Of a stretch of 41,675 nucleotides of DNA, positions 35,524 to 41,675 are shown one piece after another (position 1 is the first letter of the stretch; the number at the start of each line of letters is the position of its first letter). This DNA is from a virus. Lineage: Duplodnaviria > Caudoviricetes. The notes under the pieces were generated by a model. It searched no databases and was not told where the DNA came from. It saw only the letters and a program-made list of their open reading frames with translations. The position numbers and the translations under genes are program-made. Where the stretch lies: the IMG/VR virus record IMGVR_UViG_3300048577_000476, positions 1 to 41,675 of that record; one strand, written 5' to 3'.

Positions 35524-36024
35524 ATGCAGATTCTGCGAAACTTCACGTGGTGGGTGAACGGCTCGTCCCTCCATCTTGAGCTCGAAGAGCTGACGCCGCC
35601 GGCCATCACCGACAAGACCGAGGAGCTGCGCGTCGCCGGCATGGGCGTCGATGTGGCGCTCGGCCTCGAAAAGCTCGAAGCCACGGTCAAGATGTTCACG
35701 CGCAACCCGGACATCATGGCGAAGATGGGCATCGCGCCGGGCAAGCGCATCCGCTCCACCTTCCGCGGCCAGACCGTCAGCGAGCTCGACGGCACCCAGC
35801 AGGCCGAGATCATCACCATGGAGCACCGGGTGTCGGGCAAGAGCGACACCTGGAAGGGCGGCGACAAGAGCGGCATCGAGTACACGCTCAACTCGATCAT
35901 GTTCTACGAGCACCGGGTCAACGAGCGGGTGCTGCACAAGATCGACCCGCAGAACTTCGTCTGCGTCGTCGACGGTGTCGATGTGTGGCAGGAAGCTCGC
36001 GAAGCGCTCGGGATCGGGTTCTGA
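35524..36024 (+). CDS. Tail tube protein (P2 FII-like)
   Basis: ELTPP, LGLEKLE, IDPQNF..VVDGVD; follows the sheath gene. Confidence 0.88.
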   Translation: MQILRNFTWWVNGSSLHLELEELTPPAITDKTEELRVAGMGVDVALGLEKLEATVKMFTRNPDIMAKMGIAPGKRIRSTFRGQTVSELDGTQQAEIITMEHRVSGKSDTWKGGDKSGIEYTLNSIMFYEHRVNERVLHKIDPQNFVCVVDGVDVWQEAREALGIGF

Positions 36025-36026
36025 TC

Positions 36027-36371
36027 ATGCCGGTGCTGCCGCTCAAGGAGCCCAAAACCGTCAATGGTCAGCGCTACGAGGCGCTGACCCTTCGCCGTGC
36101 CGATGGCGGCGCCATGCGCCTGCTCGACCGCAGCGGCGCGCTGGGCCTGATGGCCGAGGTCGAGCAGCGGCAGAAGGCCGGCAAAGCCGGCATCGAACTG
36201 CTGCCGCCCGGCCTGCTCGACAAGATGGCGCCGTTCTTCGCCCGCCTCGCCGGCGTGGACGAGGCGGTGATCGACGCGCTCGATGCCGACGACTTCATGG
36301 CCCTGTTCGACAAGATCGAGGAGGTCATGCCGGCCGGCCCTTTATCGGGGGCGACGCCTACGACCGGATGA
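36027..36371 (+). CDS. Tail assembly chaperone (gpE-like)
   Basis: LKEP..VNG...LTLRR...LAGV...IDALDADDF; between tube and tape measure. Confidence 0.85.
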   Translation: MPVLPLKEPKTVNGQRYEALTLRRADGGAMRLLDRSGALGLMAEVEQRQKAGKAGIELLPPGLLDKMAPFFARLAGVDEAVIDALDADDFMALFDKIEEVMPAGPLSGATPTTG

Positions 36372-36484
36372 GCGAGGCGATCGCGCTCGTCTATCATTTC
36401 CCGCCGTCCGAGATCGATGCGATGGACGTCGACCGTTTCGTCTTCTTTGCCAGCGCGGCCGAAGGTCGCTTGAAGGGCGGTTGA
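36338..36484 (+). CDS. -1 frameshift extension of the chaperone (gpE+E'-like)
   Basis: In-frame slippery heptamer C CCT TTA at 36338-36344; the -1 frame encodes IALVYHFPPSEIDAMDV (P2 GpE-family motif) and ends 2 nt before the tape measure start. Confidence 0.8.
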   Translation, partial: PFIGGDAYDRMSEAIALVYHFPPSEIDAMDVDRFVFFASAAEGRLKGG

Positions 36485-36485
36485 A

Positions 36486-38543
36486 ATGGCGAATGTCGTC
36501 TCGCTGATCGTCCGCCTGGTCGATCAGTTCTCGTCCCAGGCGCCGAAGGTTGTCGCCGCGATCAAGAACATCGACGGCGCGATGTCGCAGGCCTCGGGGG
36601 CCGGCAGCCGCTTCAGCAACGCCGCCACGCGGTTTGCCGGCGTTGCGGCCGGTGTCGCCGGCCTCGGAACGGTTGCCGCCAGTGCCGGCCGCAAGATGGA
36701 GGCAACCGTCCGAAAATCGGCCGCCTTCGAGCATGGCCTGGTCGGCATCAGCCGCACCGCCAACATGTCGGTCGAGCAGCTGCAGTCGCTGCGGGAGACG
36801 GTGCTCAAGCTCGGCCCGTTGATGGGGATGGCGGCCGATGACCTCAGCGAGGCGGCGGGCGGCATCGTCGCCGCGGGCATCGACCCGGTCAACGCCGAGA
36901 AGATGCTGCTGCCGATGGCCAAGGTCGCCAAGGCGACGCAGTCCAAGATCGAGGACATCCGGAAAGCGTCGATCGGTCTCTTTCAAAATCTGGGCATCCC
37001 CGCCGACCAGCTCGAAAGCGCCTTCGACAAGGTGTGGGTCGCCACCAAGCGCGGCAACTTCGAACTCAAGGACATGGCCCAGTACTTCCAGAAGATCGCC
37101 TCGCGCGCGGCCGGCGTCGGCATGCGCGGCGCGAATGCGGCGGTGGAGCTCGCGGCCGCGGCCCAGGTGGTGCGCCAGGGCACCGGCGATCCCTCGCAGG
37201 CCGCGACCAATCTCGACAACCTGTTGGCGAAGCTGAACGCGCCGCAGACCGTGAAGAAGTTCGCGAGTTTCGGCGTCGATCTCAACAAGGAGATCGCGGA
37301 CGGGCTCGCCAAGGGGCAGAGCCCGCTGGAGACCCTGATCCTGCAGACGAAGAAGGTTTTGGCCGAGAACAAGGACATCACCGTCGGCCACATCTTCCAG
37401 GACATGCAGGCGCAGGCCGCGCTGGCCCAACTGGTGGAGAAGTACGAGGAGTTCATCTCCATCCGCAACGAGGCCATGGGTGCGTCAGGCACCATCGAGG
37501 CCGACTTCAAGGCGATGAATGAGACGCTGCTCTCGGCCTTGAACAAGCTCGATGCCGAGATCGATGCGCGCCAGAAGAAATGGAACAAGGTCGGCGAGCC
37601 GTGGTCGCACTGGCGCACGGAAAAACTGCAGCAGTTCAATCAGTGGCTGGGCAATTTCACTCAACGGTGGCCGCGATTGTCGAAGGCCCTCGGCGCCGGC
37701 GCACTGGTGGCGAGCGATGTAGCATCCGTTTTCGGAGAACTCGCCCAGCCCCTGCTGGGGGCGGCGTCAGCTCTCGCGATTGTCAAGTTCTCCGGCCTTG
37801 GTCGCGTGTTATGGGCGCTTCTCGCGCCGCTCCGCTTCGTGCTGGGATTTGTCGTCGGCTTCGTGCCGGCGTTGTTGCGCGCACTCGCCCCGCTCGGCGC
37901 CGCGCTCCTGGGTGCGCTCGCCGGTCTCGGCCCGATCCTGATGCGCGGGCTCGCCGCCCTGGCTGCGCTCCTCATGAGTCCGATCGGCTGGGGGCTGCTG
38001 GCGGCCGCGGCGGCCGCCGGCCTGATCTATTATTTCCGCGAGCCGATCGGCAAGGCCATCACCGAAGCGTGGAGTTGGATCTCCGAAAAATGGAGCGCGC
38101 TCGGCGACTATCTCGGCTCGATCGACTATGCCGGCATCTTCGGGAGGCTCGTCACCGCGATCGTCGAGAAGGTCGACGCCGCCAAGAACGCGCTGCTGGA
38201 AGCCGGCCGCAACATCATGAACAGCCTGCTCGAAGGGCTGAAGGCGGCAGCGCAGGGCGTGATCAATTGGGCGAGCGGCTTTGTCGGCCGGCTGAAGTCG
38301 CTGTTTTCGTTCAACGCCTCGCCGTCCATCACCCCGCAGGGCGGCGGTGCCGCCACCGTGCAGCCGCAGTCCTATCGCGGCGGCGGTCTCACGCCGGCGC
38401 CGGCGATGCGGCAGGCCAGCGCCAGCTTCACCAACACCTTCCACATCAACGGCGCCGACAACCCGGAGACCGTGGCGCAGCGGATCGTCGCGGCGCTCGA
38501 TCGCCAGCGCCAGGCCGGGCTCTATGATGGAGCGCTGGCATGA
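36486..38543 (+). CDS. Tape measure protein
   Basis: GNFELKDMAQYF, AATNLDNLLAKL, hydrophobic C-terminal stretch; position. Confidence 0.92.
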   Translation: MANVVSLIVRLVDQFSSQAPKVVAAIKNIDGAMSQASGAGSRFSNAATRFAGVAAGVAGLGTVAASAGRKMEATVRKSAAFEHGLVGISRTANMSVEQLQSLRETVLKLGPLMGMAADDLSEAAGGIVAAGIDPVNAEKMLLPMAKVAKATQSKIEDIRKASIGLFQNLGIPADQLESAFDKVWVATKRGNFELKDMAQYFQKIASRAAGVGMRGANAAVELAAAAQVVRQGTGDPSQAATNLDNLLAKLNAPQTVKKFASFGVDLNKEIADGLAKGQSPLETLILQTKKVLAENKDITVGHIFQDMQAQAALAQLVEKYEEFISIRNEAMGASGTIEADFKAMNETLLSALNKLDAEIDARQKKWNKVGEPWSHWRTEKLQQFNQWLGNFTQRWPRLSKALGAGALVASDVASVFGELAQPLLGAASALAIVKFSGLGRVLWALLAPLRFVLGFVVGFVPALLRALAPLGAALLGALAGLGPILMRGLAALAALLMSPIGWGLLAAAAAAGLIYYFREPIGKAITEAWSWISEKWSALGDYLGSIDYAGIFGRLVTAIVEKVDAAKNALLEAGRNIMNSLLEGLKAAAQGVINWASGFVGRLKSLFSFNASPSITPQGGGAATVQPQSYRGGGLTPAPAMRQASASFTNTFHINGADNPETVAQRIVAALDRQRQAGLYDGALA

Positions 38544-38968
38544 GCAACGTCATGATGGCGCTCGGCCCATTCCGGTTTTCGATCGACACGCAGATCCTCA
38601 CCCGCATCGATCGGCGCTTCCCGTTCCGCCACGCCGATCAGGACCTGGTCGGCCGGCCGCCAGGCTCGCAGTTCCTGGGACCCGGGTTGGAGCGCATCCA
38701 GCTGCCGAGCCTGATCTACCCGGTGTTCTTGCCCGGCACCGGCATGTCGCAGATCGAGGCGATGCGGCAGACGGCGTCCACCGGCGCGGCGCTGATGCTC
38801 GCCTCCGGCACCGGCCGCGTGCTCGGCCGCTACACCATCCGCAACGTCGACGACAGCCGCGACCATTTCATCATCAACGGGATCGCGCAAAAGATCGACG
38901 CCATGATCGAGATAGCCGCCTACAATCCGGTCGGCGGATCGTCGTCTCCCTTCAGCCTGTTCGGGTGA
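38540..38968 (+). CDS. P2 gpU-like tail protein
   Basis: MMALGPFRF, QFLGPG, GTGRVLG. Confidence 0.88.
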   Translation: MSNVMMALGPFRFSIDTQILTRIDRRFPFRHADQDLVGRPPGSQFLGPGLERIQLPSLIYPVFLPGTGMSQIEAMRQTASTGAALMLASGTGRVLGRYTIRNVDDSRDHFIINGIAQKIDAMIEIAAYNPVGGSSSPFSLFG

Positions 38969-38971
38969 GCG

Positions 38972-39184
38972 ATGGCGCAGACGGTCATCTCAATCGACGG
39001 CGACATGCTCGATGCGATGGTGTTCCGTGCCTGCGGCCGCACGGCGGGCGCGCTGGAGCTCGTGCTTGACGCCAATCCGGCGGTCTCGCGGCTGCCTGTG
39101 GTGCTGCCCGCCGGCGTCGTCGTGCTGATCCCGGACGCTGCCTTCGCTCTGCCGGAGCGACCGGTCTTCAAGCTGTGGGAGTGA
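38972..39184 (+). CDS. Tail protein X (LysM-like)
   Basis: GDMLD...VLDANP...LPAG...IP...LWE. Confidence 0.88.
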   Translation: MAQTVISIDGDMLDAMVFRACGRTAGALELVLDANPAVSRLPVVLPAGVVVLIPDAAFALPERPVFKLWE

Positions 39185-39185
39185 G

Positions 39186-39431
39186 GTGGTGGGAGAGCCG
39201 GTAAAGCCCGTCTATTGCTCGTTCTGCGGCAAGAGCCAGCGGGAAGTGGACGTCATGCTGGCCGGCTTTTGGCCGGCCTTTATTTGCAGCGATTGCGTCG
39301 ACGATGCCGGAGAACAGATTCGACGCATCATCGCCGATCGGCGTGAGCAGGAGATGCTTATCAAAGAAGCGGTCCGTTGCGCCTTCTGTCTGCCGGAGCC
39401 GCTGCTGCTAAAAAACGCTGACGCGCCATGA
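39186..39431 (+). CDS. Stand-alone ClpX C4-type zinc-finger protein
   Basis: YCSFCGKSQREV..MLAG...FICSDCV matches the ClpX N-terminal zinc-binding domain; no ATPase domain; ATGA overlap with gpD. Confidence 0.8.
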   Translation: MVGEPVKPVYCSFCGKSQREVDVMLAGFWPAFICSDCVDDAGEQIRRIIADRREQEMLIKEAVRCAFCLPEPLLLKNADAP

Positions 39432-40441
39432 CGCCGGACTTCACCGTCTCTGCCGATGGCCTCGACGTCACCGACCGCTTCGCCGGCCGCAAGATCGAGC
39501 TCGAAGTGGTCGACGCCACCGGCACCGAGAGCGATTCCGCCGAGATCGTGATCTTCGATCCGCAGGCGGTGGTCCAGCCGCCGCGCCGCGGCGCGATCCT
39601 GTCGATCGCGCTGGGCTATCGCGAAACCGGGCTGATCCCGCAGGGCCTGTTCAAAGTCGACCAGGTGAAATTCAAAGGCTACCCGCACAAAATCCAGATC
39701 ACGGCGAATGCGGCCGACAACAAGCAGATGTTCAAGGAACGCCGCACCAAGGACTACACCAACAAGACGCTCGGCGAGATCGTCCAGGAGATTGCCGGCC
39801 GTCACGGCCTGCAGGGCCAGGTCGCCGCCGATCTCGCCTCGGTGAAATTTCCGCTGCTCGCAGGCTCCGATCAGAGCTACATCGGCCAGCATGAGGAGAG
39901 CGATGCGGCGTTCCTCACGCGCGTCGCGGAGAGCCTCGGCGGCTTCATGTCCCCTAAAAACGGCCGCCTTCTGGTCGCGCGCCGCGGTGACGGCAAGAGC
40001 ATGTCGGGCGCGGCCGGCCTGGTAATGATCCGGCCGGAAATGCTGCTCGATCGAGAAGCTTATGAAGTGTCCTTGAAGGACAAGCCGATCCACGGCGAAG
40101 TGGAGGCGAGTTATTTCGACCGCGGCAAGGTCGCGCGTGAGCCGGTGGTCGAGGGCGGCGGCGATGGCGGCGTAGCGTTTCGCTTCCGCAACCCATTCCC
40201 GAGCCGCAAGCAGGCCGAGGACGCGGCCAAGGGCAAGGTGCGCGAGCTGCAGCGCGGCGAGGGGTCGGCGACCTTCAACTGCTGGGGCGATGCAACGATC
40301 CGCGCCGAGATGGACCTGGTCGCCACGGGCATCCGCTCGGGCGTCGACGGCGTGCGGTGGACCATCGAGCGCGTGACGCACCGGCTCGACGACAGCCGCG
40401 GCTTCACATCCAGAATCGAGTGCGAGACCAAGCCGAAATGA
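39428..40441 (+). CDS. Late control/baseplate hub protein D
   Basis: ESDSAEI, LGYRETGL..QGLF.VD, TLGEIV.EIA, QHEESDAAFLTR. Confidence 0.9.
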   Translation: MTPDFTVSADGLDVTDRFAGRKIELEVVDATGTESDSAEIVIFDPQAVVQPPRRGAILSIALGYRETGLIPQGLFKVDQVKFKGYPHKIQITANAADNKQMFKERRTKDYTNKTLGEIVQEIAGRHGLQGQVAADLASVKFPLLAGSDQSYIGQHEESDAAFLTRVAESLGGFMSPKNGRLLVARRGDGKSMSGAAGLVMIRPEMLLDREAYEVSLKDKPIHGEVEASYFDRGKVAREPVVEGGGDGGVAFRFRNPFPSRKQAEDAAKGKVRELQRGEGSATFNCWGDATIRAEMDLVATGIRSGVDGVRWTIERVTHRLDDSRGFTSRIECETKPK

Positions 40442-40665
40442 CGCGCCGCCGACCGCCAGCATCCGAAAAGACGCCGCTGGAGCGTGCGGCCGTCGCCATC
40501 TGCCGGCGCGTCTATGGCGCGCGGTGCCCGTGTGAGGGCGCACCGAGTGTCTGCCAGTCGATGGAATCGGCCGCCAGGGCTGCCCTGTCCACGGCCTGCC
40601 CCGCTCAATTCGAGGCGGTGCTGCAGGATCACGTCGACGCCCTCAAGCGGAGGGCGGTCCCATGA
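40438..40665 (+). CDS. Small Cys-rich hypothetical protein
   Basis: ATGA overlap with gpD; five Cys (C-x7-CPC-x6-C...C). Confidence 0.55.
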   Translation: MTRRRPPASEKTPLERAAVAICRRVYGARCPCEGAPSVCQSMESAARAALSTACPAQFEAVLQDHVDALKRRAVP

Positions 40666-40701
40666 TGCCGCCCGCCCTTACCTCATTCCCCGCGCCGAAT
40701 C

Positions 40702-40799
40702 CGGTGGCGGGGGCGCAGCGCGCCAACGCTGCGACCACGGGCCTCGTTGGAAGCGCAGCCCGTACGACGAAGCAAAGCCGGATCGCCGTCCCGCCGCCG
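40702..40799 (+). ncRNA. Candidate cis-regulatory structured RNA (four-way junction) upstream of the methyltransferase
   Basis: Four nested stems plus loop-loop complementarity (see findings). Confidence 0.55.
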
Positions 40800-40856
40800 C
40801 TGCACAGGAGCCTGCACAGCACCGCGAGAGGGCCTGATTTGGGCTTGGATGAAAAG

Positions 40857-41675
40857 ATGTTCGAAGGAGTTACCTACAGGCCGGTGGAGCCGCTGAAGCC
40901 AGCCGCCGGCTACATCGGCGGCAAGCGGATGCTGGCAAAGGCGGTCATCGCACAGATCGAGCGAGTGCCGCACGAGACCTACGCTGAAGCTTTCGTGGGC
41001 ATGGGCGGGGTGTTCTTCCGCCGCGAGCGGGCCGCGAAGGCCGAGGTCATCAACGATCGTTCTGGCGACGTGGCGACCTTCTTCCGCGTGCTGCAGCGGC
41101 ACTACGTTGCGTTCGTCGAGATGCTGCGCTGGCAGGTCGCCTCGCGTCGGGAGTTCGAGCGGCTGATGGCGACCGATCCCGCCACGCTGACCGATCTGGA
41201 GCGGTCGGCACGATTTCTCTACCTGCAGCGCCTAGCCTTCGGCGGAAAGGTCGCCGGCCGGACCTTTGGTGTCAGCCCGGCGCTGCCCGCCCGGTTCGAT
41301 GTAACGAAGATCGTTCCGATGCTGGAGGAACTGCACGAGCGTCTCGCCCGCGTCGTGATCGAAAACCTGGACTGGTCGGAGTTCCTGCCGCGCTACGACC
41401 GGCCGGGCACCCTGTTCTATCTCGACCCGCCCTATTGGGGGTCCGAAAGGGACTATGGCGCCGGATTCGAGCGGAGCGATTACGAGCGGCTGGCAGGTGT
41501 TCTAAGACGCCTTCAAGGCCGCTTCATCCTGTCCATCAACGACGTCCCGGCCATCCGCAAGGCGTTCGCTGGCTTCGCCATGAAGTCTGTGGCGGTGACC
41601 TACACCGTTGCCGCTGGCAAGGCTCGGCCGGCGCGGGAGCTGATCATCATGGACGGAAGGAAGGGTGGATATTGA
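40857..41675 (+). CDS. D12-class N6-adenine DNA methyltransferase (Dam-like), in the Mu mom position
   Basis: YIGGK, EAFVGMGGVF, VIND, LDPPY; TGA at the last three bases. ATG 40857 is preferred over 40662 because the upstream part lacks MTase motifs. Confidence 0.92.
   Translation: MFEGVTYRPVEPLKPAAGYIGGKRMLAKAVIAQIERVPHETYAEAFVGMGGVFFRRERAAKAEVINDRSGDVATFFRVLQRHYVAFVEMLRWQVASRREFERLMATDPATLTDLERSARFLYLQRLAFGGKVAGRTFGVSPALPARFDVTKIVPMLEELHERLARVVIENLDWSEFLPRYDRPGTLFYLDPPYWGSERDYGAGFERSDYERLAGVLRRLQGRFILSINDVPAIRKAFAGFAMKSVAVTYTVAAGKARPARELIIMDGRKGGY

Larger units (their letters stand above)
1717..41675. mobile_element. Mu-like transposable prophage (Mu head, P2-like contractile tail); right end lies beyond the window
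   Basis: MuA/MuB, ner, gemA, Mor-like, gp26-gp30, I/T/gp36/gp37 genes in Mu order. It begins with TGT at the point where the host gene breaks. The left boundary could be 1715-1719. Confidence 0.95.

Noticed and set aside
40662-40856. 65-aa N-terminal extension of the methyltransferase
   Set aside because: Low-complexity sequence with no MTase motifs that coincides with the structured RNA. The ATG at 40662 does overlap the upstream stop, so it is not fully excluded.
40666-40856. A fourth late promoter (Pmom equivalent)
   Set aside because: No CTGACA-N2-YGWCAG-GGTT box found here by eye.

Overview
The window is almost entirely one Mu-like (transposable) prophage of a high-GC alphaproteobacterium. 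The host is inferred from the GcrA gene and codon style. The prophage starts at about 1717 (TGT... left end), where it truncates a host GT2 glycosyltransferase, and runs past the window end; the right end is not visible. Gene order: repressor plus a membrane protein (leftward); ner, MuA transposase, MuB ATPase; early/middle accessory genes (DnaA C-terminal domain protein, DUF3164, GemA, GcrA, ASCH); a Mor/C-type activator; lysis genes (GH108 endolysin, overlapping spanins); Mu-type head genes; a P2-type contractile tail; and a D12-class adenine methyltransferase in the mom position. Most notable: (1) phage copies or fragments of host cell-cycle regulators (GcrA, DnaA-C, a stand-alone ClpX zinc finger, plus an m6A MTase); (2) a repressor whose S24 self-cleavage residues all appear substituted; (3) a MuF protein with a nuclease-like C-terminus followed by a structured RNA instead of an immunity ORF; (4) a four-way-junction, kissing-loop RNA ahead of the methyltransferase; (5) three late promoters sharing one palindromic box and identical spacing. 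All family calls come from motif recognition and synteny, not database searches.
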